DNA of 63,451 nucleotides, the filler included, from Welwitschia mirabilis (lineage: Eukaryota): assembly GCA_051453625.1 (NCBI GenBank). It is 9 parts of one record of this genome, joined end to end, with 100 filler letters (N's around TTAATTAATTAA, not from the genome) between each part and the next. Parts side by side here need not be neighbours in the genome. Positions count along the whole stretch, not along the records: positions 1 to 7,159 come from JBOZIK010000001.1; positions 7,260 to 19,996 come from JBOZIK010000001.1; 7 more parts are not named here. The stretch is one strand, 5' to 3'. The position numbers and the translations under genes were made by a program. This document shows, piece by piece, positions 1 to 13,779 of the stretch. How positions within the stretch are numbered: the first letter of the stretch is position 1; the number at the start of each line of letters is the position of its first letter. The notes beneath the pieces were generated by a model. That model was not told the DNA's origin. It saw only the letters and a list, made by a program, of their open reading frames with translations, and did no database searches.

Positions 1-1340
1 AACATAAGAAAGTTTACATTTAATCCTATCAAAAGCAAGCTGACAAGATTCATTCCATTTAAATTTAGCTTCTTTTTCTAGTAATGAGTGAAGGGGTTTA
101 CAATGTTTTCATAATTATGAATAAACCAATGAAAAAAATCAAAATAACTAAGAAAGGATCTAACTTGTTTCATATTGGTAGGAAAGTTAGGTTTTGAATG
201 ATACCAACTTTTTTAGGATTCATCCTAATCCTCTTTTTTCAAAATACGATAACCTAAAACAATTTGACTCTCAATTAAAAACAAAATTTTCTCCCAACTT
301 AACTAGAAGCCACTAGAAATGCATCAATTACTAATCTTTATAAGATTTATTTAAATTATTTAGCATAAATAGAGAAGTAGTCCATAAAAATTTCTATTTA
401 GTCATCTAATATATTAAGAAAAATACCCATCCTAGCATGTTCAAAAGTACTAGGAGCATTATCAAGTCCAAAAGGCATGCATTGACAAGCAAAAGTACTA
501 NNNNNNNNNNNNNNNNNNNNNNNNNNNNNNNNNNNNNNNNNNNNNNNNNNNNNNNNNNNNNNNNNNNNNNNNNNNNNNNNNNNNNNNNNNNNNNNNNNNN
601 CATCTAATATATTAAGAAAAATACCCATCCTAGCATGTTGAAAAGTACTAGGAGCATTATAAAGTCCAAAAGGCATGCATTGAAACGCAAAAGTAATAAA
701 AGGTAAAGTGAAAGTACTTTTAGCCTAATTCTCATTAGCAATACAAACCTGATTGTAACCATTATATCCATTAAAAAAATAATAAAAAGCATGTCCTTGT
801 ATTCTATCAAGTATCTAATCGAAAAAAGGTAANNNNNNNNNNNNNNNNNNNNNNNNNNNNNNNNNNNNNNNNNNNNNNNNNNNNNNNNNNNNNNNNNNNN
901 NNNNNNNNNNNNNNNNNNNNNNNNNNNNNNNNGGAGCATTATAAAGTCCAAAAGGCATGCATTGAAAAGCAAAAGTACTAAAAGGTAAAGTGAAAGTACT
1001 TTTAGCCTAATCCTCATTAGCAATACAAACCTGATTGTAACCACTATATCCATTAAAAAATAATAAAAAGTATGTCCTTGTATTCTATCAAGCATCTAAT
1101 CGAAAAAAGGTAAAGGATAATGATCTTTTTTTATTAATTCATTTAATTTTTTGAAATCAATGCACATCCTCGATTGCCCATCTTTCTTAGGCGCTACCAT
1201 TAAAGAACTAATCCACTCACTATTAGCTAGGAATAAATGATTCTAGCATCCATTAATTTTATGATTTCATCTTTAAAAACTTGGTTAAGGCTAGATTAAG
1301 TCTAGATTATGGTTGCTTAACAAGTTTTGCATTATCCTCA
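1..1340 (-). pseudogene. Degenerate Gypsy reverse transcriptase (copy A)
   Basis: Translated motifs RMCIDFKKLN, KDHYPLPF, MPFGLYNAPSTFQ and IFMDY (decayed FMDD), with stops and frameshifts. Confidence 0.9.
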
Positions 1341-1609
1341 AGGTATATTTTATGTCAAACAATTTATATAGGAATGGCTATAAAATCTTTATGGGACTAA
1401 GCAAACACATTTACCTTAGATTGTAAAAGTAAGATTAAGCTTGATTCTTATTAAGGGAAAAGATTTTCATTAATTATTAAAGGTTTATTCTAATCATTAT
1501 ACAAAAAAATGTATTTTAATCCATTGGGTAAAGGTTTCGGATTTAGATTGGAATTTAAATTTTTATTTTCTAATAAATTTTCAAGAAAATTCACTGTTGT
1601 TTTAGACTG

Positions 1610-4600
1610 TTATCTGGATGTCAGTAGTGGATGACCACCCTTAAAATAAAAAATATTAATTTTACTTAGATCATTAACTTCTGCACAATTCAAAAAGTTT
1701 GTCTTTATACTCTCTAGACCAAAGTAATCAATTTCTAAATGATCAACATTAAGTTGATCTTCATCAAAAGTGTTCAAGTTGTCTACTTCAAGTTGATGAT
1801 TAAGCAAAGTTAGTTTATGAATCATTGACTATCTTTCTTTAAATGAATGATGCTATAAAAATAAAGTTGGTTTCATTTCTTTTTCCACACTCAAATCATC
1901 ACCTAAATCGTTTTTAGCTACATCAAATCCTCTTATTAAAAACTTCTTATTCCATAAATAACATGCCATAAATTTTCTTCTGGTATCTACAATACAATGG
2001 GTTTTTGCATAAAAATCTCTGCCTAGGAGTAAAGGATAACCATCATTATGTTTAACTTCTATCATAACCACATCATTGGGGTAGAATTATTCTTTAATCT
2101 GAATGACTAAATCCTTAATCATGCCTAAAGATTTCTTAACAAATGTATCCACCAATTCAAGGACAATACTTATAGGCTTTATTATATTTTCTAATTCAAG
2201 TCATTGATAAATGTGTAAAGGTATAATGTTGACATTAGCTCTAATATTAGTCAAGGCTTTTTTTATTCTTCTATTTTCTTCTAAAGTAATACTAATAATT
2301 ACTACTCCTAGATCTTAAAACTTTAANNNNNNNNNNNNNNNNNNNNNNNNNNNNNNNNNNNNNNNNNNNNNNNNNNNNNNNNNNNNNNNNNNNNNNNNNN
2401 NNNNNNNNNNNNNNNNNNNNNNNNNNAGATTTCTTAAAAAATGTATCCACCAATTCTAGAATAATACTTATAGGCTTTCTTCTATTTTCTAATTCAAGTC
2501 ATTGATAAATGTGTAAAGGTATAATGTTGACATTAGCTCTAATATTAATCAAGGATTTCTTTGTTCTTCTATTTTCTTCTAAAGTAATACTAATAATTAC
2601 TACTCCTAGATCTTAAAACTTTAAACATTTCTGTAAAACTAAGTTATTAATGGATTGAGCTAGGAAGACTTTACTAGGAATGGTTCATTTTTTTTTCCCC
2701 TAATCAGGTCTTTCCACAACTTAGAATACTTAGGATTTTCTTATAAAAGTTTCCAAAATGATAAATTCATGCTTATATTTTGCATTAAGGATTTTAAATA
2801 TTCATCAAATGTAGGATTTATGTTCAATNNNNNNNNNNGAAGCCAAGGAATAGTAGGTTTTTATGAGAATAATTTTACTTTTTATTTCTTTAAGGAGAAG
2901 GGAAATAATGATTTTCTAAAATTTCTTTGTCCTCTTCTTCATTATTTTTATCATTTTAAGATGTTAAAGCCTCATAGGTAGAAGGTTTTATCTCATTTTT
3001 ACCCTTTATCATAACTTTACAATCTTTTTAACTTTATTTAGGTTTGGTAGAGGTTATGTGCCAAGTAACTCTTATGGTTTTTGATTACCAAGCATGGTTT
3101 ATTGCAAAATACTCATTAGAATTTTAATGTTGAAGTTTATTATTTCTTGGATTTTTCTCAACTCCTCAATGAAATTCCTAAGTTGATCACTTCAGTTTTA
3201 TCAGTTAGATAAGCTTGCTTGATTATTTTGGGGTGTTTGATTAGAAATTTACATTTTTAAATATCTTTTTAAATGGCTAGAAATTAGGATGATTTATTTA
3301 AAAATTTTTGAAATTAGGTTGTCTATTCATCCTAGGTTGAAAATTGTTGTTATTTTGGATTTAACTTTTGTATTGGTTGTGATTAAGGTTTAAAGATCTT
3401 TGGTTAAAAGCACATATGTTTTCATAAATTCTTTCTCTATATGTTGGAAATAAAGGACAATATTTCATCACATGATAGTTGTCATCAAATAAATCACAAG
3501 TTCAAGCTACAACTACGCTCTTTTCTATTTCCACCTTTGCATTTAAAATTATTTGAGTGTATTTCTCTAAAGTTAAGGTGAAATCCTTAATGACATTAAT
3601 TGGTTCTTTTTCAAATTTTACTTCTTATTTCTCTTGTTTAACCTTCTTAAGATCATTAACANNNNNNNNNNNNNNNNNNNNNNNNNNNNNNNNNNNNNNN
3701 NNNNNNNNNNNNNNNNNNNNNNNNNNNNNNNNNNNNNNNNNNNNNNNNNNNNNNNNNNNNNNNNNNNNNNNNNNNNNNNNNNNNNNNNNNNNNNNNNNNN
3801 NNNNNNNNNNNNNNNNNNNNNNACTATAAAGTAGTCTATCAATTCTTTTTGATAAAAAGGATCTATAGGTTTTAATTATAAACTAATGAAAAATTTCTTA
3901 TAGGTAGAGGCATAATCTTCATTAGGCTATTATTAGAAGTTAGTTACTTCTTTCTTATGGTTTCTAATTGTAGTTTTTCTTATGAATCTCTTAATAAAAT
4001 CTTTTTAAACTTGACTTTATGTTTTTAGACTCTCATGTCAAATTGTTCTTATNNNNNNNNNNNNNNNNNNNNNNNNNNNNNNNNNNNNNNNNNNNNNNNN
4101 NNNNNNNNNNNNNNNNNNNNNNNNNNNNNNNNNNNNNNNNNNNNNNNNNNNNATAAAATCTTTTTAAACTTGACTTTATGTTTTTAGACTCTTATGTCAA
4201 AGTGTTCTTATCAAAGTTTAGCTTTATCTTTTAAAGTGATGGGAAAAATGACCATGTAAGGTCTATCACTTATTATTTTCTTACCATTTGTTGAAGTGAG
4301 CACTAACTATTTAATGACAGCAATGTATTGTAAAGAATCTTCATAATGTTTACCACTGAAAATGGGATAATCGTTTAAATTCTTAAGTTTGACATCATCA
4401 CTAGAAGGTAAATTAAAAGGGATTTAGATTTTACATTTTTTATTAATAATAAGTTCTCTAAGGATGACATTGACATTAGAGTCTACAGTTGTAGTAATAG
4501 GGATTCCAATAACAAGGAGCGGATTAGGTGAAGAGACTTGCTTTTACTTTTGTGATGAAATAGACATATTTAAAAAATGATTTGCTTCTAAACTATCATT

Positions 4601-4760
4601 AAAACAATCTTCTAAAAAATTTTCTTTCACAAAATCAGATTCTGAAGTAATAAATGAAAAAATTTCTAGAATTTTTAAACCTTGCATACATTTAGCATAC
4701 GTACTTGAGTTAACTTTGAAGTTAATCAAATTTTTTCCTCTATGAAGATTCATTCTCTTT
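1610..4760 (-). pseudogene. Degenerate gag, aspartic protease and linker (copy A)
   Basis: PLLLGRDF protease tail at ~2030; decayed zinc knuckle CDLFDDNYHV at ~3460-3500; gag motifs YPIFSG, MVIFPITLKDKAK and EDYASTY. Confidence 0.85.
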
Positions 4761-5242
4761 AATATTTCTCTTTCTTATTAGATTTTACCATATCCCAGCA
4801 TGCTCAATTTTGATGTTTAGTATGTGTCATCCTTATAGTCATCTAGACGTTATGTCTAGATGATAGGAAATACAAAAAAAATAAAAAAACAAAAAACATA
4901 AAAAATAGGAACACAAAATAAGAGACATAAAAAAACACAAAAAACTAACTTTCATCCTCTTGAGTTATCTAGATAATAGATGGAATGATAGAAAAATCCT
5001 AAAAATATTTTAAGACAGAAAAAAAACTAAAAATCTCAAGGGACAAAGGCCATTGTCTTTGCACATCATTTGGATGATAAAGTGGATGACAAAGATTTTA
5101 TTTCGGAATGCAAAAATAAAAACTATGGAAAGGAAAACCTATGCTACTATAGCTAAAAATATAATGCAAATGTATGAAAACATCCAAACTGAAATTCAAA
5201 TACTTACTTGAGCAATGACAACTCTTAAACTCTAAGTAGCAT

Positions 5243-5260
5243 TCCCTAGAAATGACACCA
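5243..5260 (-). promoter_or_regulatory. Primer-binding site, tRNA-Asp type (decayed)
   Basis: Minus strand reads TGGTGTCATTTCTAGGGA, 3 nt inside the LTR end. It is a decayed form of TGGCGCCGTTGCCGGGGA, the complement of the plant tRNA-Asp 3' end typical of Athila. Confidence 0.75.
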
Positions 5261-5263
5261 AGA

Positions 5264-6329
5264 TGTTGTAATACATATTTGTATAAATGATTACACTTAA
5301 GAAGATCTTATCATTTATAGATAGATATAGATATTTTACATAACACAATATACTAATATAGATGGGAATAAATCCAAATGTCATAATCCATCAAAGGCCT
5401 AGGCTAGAAGAAAGAGAATTAGTTTTTGGAAGAAACACTTATGTATTCTAGTAATAGAAATAGAATGTAATGTAGAAAATAACAATGCACCTAAACTAAT
5501 AATACTCAACCTTAACAAAGGCTACCTTCATAACCTATATCACTTAAGAAGCTATCAAAGAATTAGAAGCAATATAAACTATGAGAGATAAGTAACACAA
5601 TAAGCATAGGAAAATAGAAAAGAGTTCTTTATATTATTCTTGAGCCAACATCTGTGTTATAAAGCAACCACACCTTAATGGAGAAAGCATAATCCAACAC
5701 CAAGAAAGATGTCTATTTGTAACTATACATGTTGGATTTTTGGCCTTTTAATCTCTTATCATAAGAATTTTTGATGTAATTAAAGAATAGTGGGAGTTGA
5801 GGCTAGAGTCGATACTTATTGATAAAAAACTCATAAAGTAACAAACTAGATAAACAAGCACAGGCACAATCCTAGCAATCATGCAAGAGAAATAAAGAGA
5901 AATGGCAAAAGGTAGGTGAAGTTCAGTTTAAGCATTATAACAGATGTCATCTTGCTAGACATCCATAGATATAGGGGACGATGCCACTTCATAAAAATTC
6001 CATATCATCTACCAAATTGGTTACAATCAACATCCTTCTTGGCTTTAATTATTCCATTATCTGTGTAGTCATCCAAATGGTGAGGTAGATGATAGGATTC
6101 TTATAAGTATTCATGTAATGTATCAGCCTCAATGTTTGCAAGGAGTTTACTTCAAAATAGGAAATATTATAAACTACTCTAAATGCTGTAAAATGTTATG
6201 GAGATTGCATGTTTTCATATCTTTCATCTCAGCTTTTCATTATTGTAGAAATCTAGCATAAAATTATCTAATATCTTGCAAAACTACCTAAAACACCTTA
6301 TTAAATACATGTAAGTTGGTAGTGAAACA
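5264..6329 (-). repeat. 5' LTR of copy A (~1.07 kb)
   Basis: Starts TGTTTCACTACCAAC and ends TATTACAACA on the minus strand; aligns with LTRs at 36176-37248 and 40682-41777. Confidence 0.88.
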
Positions 6330-8602
6330 AGTACTTGTATTTGCTAATGGTCACATCAATTGTAGATATCTATACTTAAGGTATCTCTGCCTCTTTTCAA
6401 ATTTGAATGTCCATATCCCATAGGAAACAAGCTAAAGTCTGAAGATGTATAAGTTGATGCTTGCCACAAGCTTCTAGTATATCAAAGCATCTAAATAGAG
6501 CTGAGAGGAGGTATGAATATCCTAGAGTGTATATGTGATGGACCTTAATCATCGACTTAAGTCTCCTCTAAATGAATGTTGGTAGATCCATCTACTTTTT
6601 TTGTCTAAACATCACCAATATCTACAAATGTGCTATCATGACATGACTATTTTGGAAGGAAAGATTAATGTTATAGATCAACCCTTTGTATATAGTCTGA
6701 TAGGTAGGTGATAAATATACCACCAAAACACCCTGCTTGTCATTAGTAACATCAGCTGAAATATCTAATATTACACCATAAGCATGATGCTCCTTTATAT
6801 TACTAGTTGAATAAATGTATGTATTTCTAATACCATCTAAGTCAGTGAAACATAAATGTGGCTCAAAAGAATATATATCTTGTACCAGTGAATTGTAGCT
6901 ATAATCATGTCAACTAAGTGGTCATGTACATCAAATCACCTCTCAATGTGCATGGTGTCATAGAACTCTCTAGTCTCTGAGGCATAATAAACTTTATGTG
7001 CATTTATTATTCATATAAGCTATAAATATGTCAATATTTGATCTACCTCTAGCTTAACACTTCTTATAAAGTCTTCAAAATGTATCTCTACTTAGATAGA
7101 AGCTCATTGAATAGAGAGCATTTAAGCTTATCTAGGTAGTGGATGCATAAGCTCTACATNNNNNNNNNNNNNNNNNNNNNNNNNNNNNNNNNNNNNNNNN
7201 NNNTTAATTAATTAANNNNNNNNNNNNNNNNNNNNNNNNNNNNNNNNNNNNNNNNNNNNCTATAAATATGTCAATCTTTGATCTACCTCTAGCTTAACAC
7301 TGCTTATAAAGTCTTCAAAATGTCTTTCTACTTAGATAGAAGCTGATTGAATAGAGAGCATTTAAGCTTATCTAGGTAGTGGATGCATGAGCTCTACATG
7401 TACAATCACAAGTGGGACTAGTAAGCCAACATCTTGCTTTGATTCCTTAGCCTCTACCTTAACCTCAACTTATCTAACTTGTCATGTACATGGCCTAATC
7501 AATCACAAATGCAAAGTGCATCACATGAGATCAAGTGAAAATTGCTAAAATNNNNNNNNNNNNNNNNNNNNNNNNNNNNNNNNNNNNNNNNNNNNNNNNN
7601 NNNNNNNNNNNNNNNNNNNNNNNNNNNNNNNNNNNNNNNNNNNNNNNNNNNNNNNNNNNNNNNNNNNNNNNNNNNNNNNNNNNNNNNNNNNNNNNNNNNN
7701 NNNNNNNNNNNNNNNNNNNNNNNNNNNNNNNNNNNNNNNNNNNNNNNNNNNNNNNNNNNNNNNNNNNNNNNNNNNNNNNNNNNNNNNNNNNNNNNNNNNN
7801 NNNNNNNNNNNNNNNNNNNNNNNNNNNNNNNNNNNNNNNNNNNNNNNNNNNNNNNNNNNNNNNNNNNNNNNNNNNNNNNNNNNNNNNNNNNNNNNNNNNN
7901 NNNNNNNNNNNNNNNNNNNNNNNNNNNNNNNNNNNNNNNNNNNNNNNNNNNNNNNNNNNNNNNNNNNNNNNNNNNNNNNNNNNNNNNNNNNNNNNNNNNN
8001 NNNNNNNNNNNNNNNNNNNNNNNNNNNNNNNNNNNNNNNNNNNNNNNNNNNNNNNNNNNNNNNNNNNNNNNNNNNNNNNNNNNNNNNNNNNNNNNNNNNN
8101 NNNNNNNNNNNNNNNNNNNNNNNNNNNNNNNNNNNNNNNNNNNNNNNNNNNNNNNNNNNNNNNNNNNNNNNNNNNNNNNNNNNNNNNNNNNNNNNNNNNN
8201 NNNNNNNNNNNNNNNNNNNNNNNNNNNNNNNNAAATGTGATAAAAATTGAAAAGTGTAAAATAAGTGGGCCTCACAAAAGGTTAAAAATGAAAGTACTCA
8301 AATCAAAAATCTAGTTTAGTAGAAACCTAGACTTCATTACACTGATTAATTTACCTATAAAAACCACTAAGTTTTGGCTAATGGTTTTCGAAAAAATAAA
8401 TTTTAAAGACAAAAAACCTAATTTTACCTTGTATAATGCACAAAATTAGATATATCATTAAATACTTAATGAAAATTATATGTGCAAGTACCAAATCAAA
8501 GAGCACAAAAAACTAATTGATCTAAGTGAAAAATACATACTAAAAGCTTGAAAAATATGAGAAAAAATTCAAAATAATAAGGGATAGAAAAACATACCTC
8601 AT
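6330..8602 (-). pseudogene. Accessory (env-position) gene of copy B, putatively spliced
   Basis: ATGAG|GTATG at 8602-8593 and acceptor TAG|GCCA at 7497-7491; translation aligns with 21972-22900. Cut at 6330 by copy A. Confidence 0.75.
7204..7215. other. Artificial scaffold linker TTAATTAATTAA inside a ~100-nt N spacer (also 20041, 31002, 39847, 44266, 48301, 52817, 60984)
   Basis: Identical 12-mer with stops in all six frames, centred in N runs eight times. Confidence 0.95.
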
Positions 8603-11029
8603 TTTAACAAATGTGATGATGTCTTGCAATCTAGGATGTAAAATTAGCTGGTGCAATATCCAAAACATCCGTGGACCCTAACATGTCATATGGCGCATGA
8701 AAGAATAGACACAAATCGCTTAAGAATGAAGAAAAATAACAGAAAAGAATTTTAGTCATGGTTTTATCACACTATCATCCATCACGTCATCTAGATGACA
8801 ATCCTAGGATGACTATAAAAAAAATCTCATTTATCATCCTCCTTATTATTTAGATCACTAGATGGATGATGGAATTTTTAAAAATTCCAAAAAAAATGAA
8901 AATGTGAGTTGAACAAGTTATGCTTAAATATTAGTGTGAAAGTATCAGAATTTATCAGAAAATCCAAAATATGGAGAATGGTGAATAATCGTGATGAATA
9001 AATATAAAAAATGGAAAAAAATCCAAATAATTAAAAGATAAGATGATGAAAATGTCCTAAGTAGGATAAAGCATAATAAAGAAAACTAAACAATTATGCC
9101 TAAATTGGAAAATGGTCATAAAAATATGTAAAACTCTAAAAGATTCAAAGGAATAGCATGAAAAATTGTAATGAACATCATCTAATCAAAAGAAAATATT
9201 AGCTAGTCAAAATGCTAAAAGTAAGTTAACTNNNNNNNNNNNNNNNNNNNNNNNNNNNNNNNNNNNNNNNNNNNNNNNNNNNNNNNNNNNNNNNNNNNNN
9301 NNNNNNNNNNNNNNNNNNNNNNNNNNNNNNNNNNNNNNNNNNNNNNNNNNNNNNNNNNNNNNNNNNNNNNNNNNNNNNNNNNNNNNNNNNNNNNNNNNNN
9401 NNNNNNNNNNNNNNNNNNNNNNNNNNNNNNNNNNNNNNNNNNNNNNNNNNNNNNNNNNNNNNNNNNNNNNNNNNNNNNNNNNNNNNNNNNNNNNNNNNNN
9501 NNNNNNNNNNNNNNNNNNNNNNNNNNNNNNNNNNNNNNNNNNNNNNNNNNNNNNNNNNNNNNNNNNNNNNNNNNNNNNNNNNNNNNNNNNNNNNNNNNNN
9601 NNNNNNNNNNNNNNNNNNNNNNNNNNNNNNNNNNNNNNNNNNNNNNNNNNNNNNNNNNNNNNNNNNNNNNNNNNNNNNNNNNNNNNNNNNNNNNNNNNNN
9701 NNNNNNNNNNNNNNNNNNNNNNNNNNNNNNNNNNNNNNNNNNNNNNNNNNNNNNNNNNNNNNNNNNNNNNNNNNNNNNNNNNNNNNNNNNNNNNNNNNNN
9801 NNNNNNNNNNNNNNNNNNNNNNNNNNNNNNNNNNNNNNNNNNNNNNNNNNNNNNNNNNNNNNNNNNNNNNNNNNNNNNNNNNNNNNNNNNNNNNNNNNNN
9901 NNNNNNNNNNNNNNNNNNNNNNNNNNNNNNNNNNNNNNNNNNNNNNNNNNNNNNNNNNNNNNNNNNNNNNNNNNNNNNNNNNNNNNNNNNNNNNNNNNNN
10001 NNNNNNNNNNNNNNNNNNNNNNNNNNNNNNNNNNNNNNNNNNNNNNNNNNNNNNNNNNNNNNNNNNNNNNNNNNNNNNNNNNNNNNNNNNNNNNNNNNNN
10101 NNNNNNNNNNNNNNNNNNNNNNNNNNNNNNNNNNNNNNNNNNNNNNNNNNNNNNNNNNNNNNNNNNAACAACAAAAAAAAAATAGAATGAAAATGGATAA
10201 CTAGGAATATGAAAAAGATAGCATACCTATCCTAAATTATAACTTAACAAATCTCCTTAGAAGACATCATAAAGCTACTTGAGTAAAGATGTATGATAAA
10301 ATGTATTAACTTCATAAAGTTCCATTTGATAATGTAATGATTATGATAATACTAAAGATTAAATGCTCTAAATAATAAATAATAAGATTAAAAGCTACTT
10401 GAAAATGAACTCACTTTGCTCAAAACCCAAACTACATCTAAATTCTTAAAAGTAAAATAATCATGTGGGAGTACTAGGAGTCTAGGAAATAAGAGATTCC
10501 TTTGATAACACGAAGAACACCACTGATTCCCTAGTATTAGAGTGTTATTATTACTTTTTATGATGAGGGGAGTGCAACCATAGTTAAAGACATAAGAACC
10601 CACAAAGCATGGCCAACAGACCCACTAGTGGAGTTTCCATAGCCACTAATACTATCAAACATTTCTTTTAGAAAAATTTACAATAGATCATCATCATTAT
10701 TCTTTTCTTTCTCTCTTTTTTTAACTTAAAATAACTCCCACATGATCACAACCTAAGAAAATGAAGGTAAAGAAGTAGGATAAAAGACAGAAAGGAATAC
10801 ATTTAAATGACCAAAGACCTTACACCATTGATAAAAATGCAAGAACCAAGACATCTTACTTTGAAATAAAGTTCACAGATATGTCAATGTCTTAAGATTA
10901 GGTAAATCTAATCTTATCACTATAAAATGCTTAAGTATGAATCCTAGTCATGGAAACTTCATAAAACAAATACATAAGTCAAGTTAAAAATGATTAAGTG
11001 ATATCCTAACATCCACTAAAGGAATTAGC

Positions 11030-13725
11030 TAAGAGAGACTTCAGACAATGGTAGGAAGGAAGCCCTTCTCATTGAAGGAAACCTTCAAGATAATTACTTT
11101 TATCATGTTCAAGGTTATATCAAAATGTTTTTCATATATTTTAAACCTTTGTCCATTAAGTTTTTGAATCTGCCTAGTATCTAAGTTGGAAATTTCAATG
11201 GAGCCATTAGAATATACTTTCTCTATAAGATAAAGATCTAACTATTTAGATGTCAACTTCTTGTATAAAAGATGCACTCTAGCATTGTATAAAATAATAA
11301 CATACCAAGTTTAAACTTTTCATAAAGTAACTTTTTATCATGTTTGAACATAGCTTGGGCTTTGTAAATGAGTTGACAACATATGACATGTATACATTTT
11401 TCATCTAATTAATTAAGTTGAGCTAATCTATTTTTAAGATTTTCATGAAGGTATATAAGATTAAGTTAATGAAAAGGACAATAAGAGTTATAAAATACAT
11501 CAACTAGTAAAAACTAAACTTTTTCATATATAAGTTTATAAAGTANNNNNNNNNNNNNNNNNNNNNNNNNNNNNNNNNNNNNNNNNNNNNNNNNNNNNNN
11601 NNNNNNNNNNNNNNNNNNNNNNNNNNNNNNNNNNNNNNNNNNNNNGTCATGGAAACTTCATAAAACAAATACATAAGTCAAGTTAAAGATGATTAAGTGT
11701 TATCCTAACATCCATCAAAGGAATTAGCTAAGAGAGACTTTAGACAATGGTAGGGAGGAAGCCCTCCTCATTGAAGGAAACCTTTAAGATAATTACTTTT
11801 ATCATGTTCAAGGTTACATCAAAACGTTTTTCATATATTTTAAACCTTTGTCCATTAAGTTTTTGAATCTGCCTAGTATATAAGTTGGAAATTTCAATGG
11901 AGCCATTAGAATATACTTTCTCTATAAGATAAAGATCTAACTATTTAGAGGTCAACTTCTTGTATAAAAGATGCACTCTAGCATTGTATAAAAGAATAAC
12001 CTACCAAGTTTAAACTTTTTATAAAGTAACTTTTTATCATGTTTGAACATAGCTTGGGTTTTGTAAATGAGTTGACAACGTATGACATGTATACATTTTT
12101 CATCTAATTAATTAAGTTGAGCTAATATATTTTTAAGATTTTCATGAAGGTATATAAGATTAAGTTGATGAAAAGGACAATAAGATTTATAAAATACATC
12201 AACTAGTAAAACATGAACTTTTTCATATATAAGTTTATAAGGTGAAAAAACAAAGAGAATTATGCCTAGTAGTACAGTAAGCCCAAATAATATAATTAAG
12301 CTTAGAAGCCTAATATTTCTTATTAACAGGAACAAGTTTTTAAAGCATTGTCTTTATTTCTCTATTTTCATTCTTAACTTAACTATTTATTTATAGATGA
12401 TAAGCACAAGCTACTCAATGTTTAATTCCACTAGATAAAAGAAGTTTCCTTAAAAGATGATTTGCAAAATGAGTTTTTTGATCACTAATAATAATTCTAG
12501 AAAAACTAAAACATTAAAAAATTTGAGTTCTAATAAAATTACAAATAGTTCAGACATCATTCATAAAAGTAGGAATGGCTTCAATCTAGTTAACATAATT
12601 AATAGCCACTAACATGTAGTTATTATTAGTAGAAGGTGATTTAATAGGGCCTATAAAATTAATTTCCTAATAACCAAAAGGTTTACATTCAAAAATAGGT
12701 TTAAGGAACATATAGTAAGAATGAACAAGGTTACCATAACATTGACAAGCATCACACCTTCTAGCAAAATCAAAAAGGTCTTGAAAAAAAAAAAGGCCAA
12801 TAAAGACTAGAGTGAAGAATTTTCATTGTTGTTTTCTATCCACTAAAATAACCTCCACAAACATTATGATGGGAAAGATGAAAGATGTCTAATTTTTTCC
12901 ATTCAAGAACATATTTTCTCATGATTTGATCTTTGCACCTATTGTAAAGATGTGGCTCTATCCATTCATAATAATCTAGCTTATGAGAAAATATTTTGAT
13001 TATGACTCTAATTTTATGGTGTTTTTATAGTAATAAAATAATTAACTATGTTATCATAACAAGGAGGAGGATGAGTAGAAAATATAACAAAAATGTTATT
13101 CATCTAGAAAGGAATCATCAATCATAAGATCATCAAGAGAAGAAGTAAGATGTGAAAAATGATTTGCTATACTATTATGTTTTCCTACTTTATCAATGAT
13201 GGTAAGACTAAATGCTTGTATGAAGAGGATCCATGTAATAAGTCTAGCATTAGAATCTTTTTTGGTAATAAAGAATTTAATAGTTACATGATTGTTATAA
13301 ACATTTATATGAAAAACTAAAATATAATGTCTAAGTTTATCGAGGCAAAAGATTATGACCAATATTTCTTTCTTAGTAGTAGTATAATTTGATTGAGCTT
13401 TAGACAAAGTTTTGCTATGATGATATATAACTTTAAAATCATTTTCATACTTTTATCCAAGAACTCCAAACATGACAATATTACTAGCATCACACATTAA
13501 TTCAAAATCTTTATTCCAATTGGGTCCTATTACAACATGTGCAAAAGAGATTTTATTTTTAAGTATTTCAAAAGCAAGCTAACAATATTTATCTCATTCA
13601 AATTTAGCTTCTTTTCTAAGTAGCAAGTGAAAGGATTTATAGACTTTAGCACAATCCTAAATGAAATGATGATAAAAACAATAATAACCATGGAAAGATT
13701 AATCTTCTTTTACATTTATTATTAG
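11030..13725 (-). pseudogene. Degenerate RNase H and integrase (copy B)
   Basis: Motifs CDAS, NYTTTKKEIL, ARLITWILFIQ, CDACQ and NFIGP. The C-terminal ~600 nt is duplicated across a gap. Confidence 0.88.
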
Positions 13726-13779
13726 ATTTACTAGAAGATGAATTATCACTTAGGAAATAAAAAGGGAGATGATAAGATT

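Larger units (their letters stand above)
1..6329 (-). mobile_element. Athila-like Ty3/Gypsy LTR retrotransposon copy A (5' LTR, PBS, gag, protease, RT; runs off the window)
   Basis: Minus-strand order: LTR (6329-5264), PBS, T-rich leader, gag, protease, RT. All parts are homologous to other copies in the window. Confidence 0.9.
6330..13725 (-). mobile_element. Athila-like copy B (end of RT, RNase H, integrase, 3' noncoding region, accessory gene), 5'-truncated and interrupted by copy A
   Basis: Collinear with copy D (17428-23200) in reverse orientation; contains gaps, including one linker gap. Confidence 0.85.

Noticed and set aside
7204-7215. Eight identical TTAATTAATTAA palindromes as a biological repeat or CRISPR-like array
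   Set aside because: Each is centred in a fixed N spacer; this is a synthetic six-frame-stop scaffold linker.
7499-10174. Long ORFs in the supplied track (also near 18.7, 31.6, 38.5, 49.6 and 56.7 kb)
   Set aside because: They are open only because they run through N gaps.
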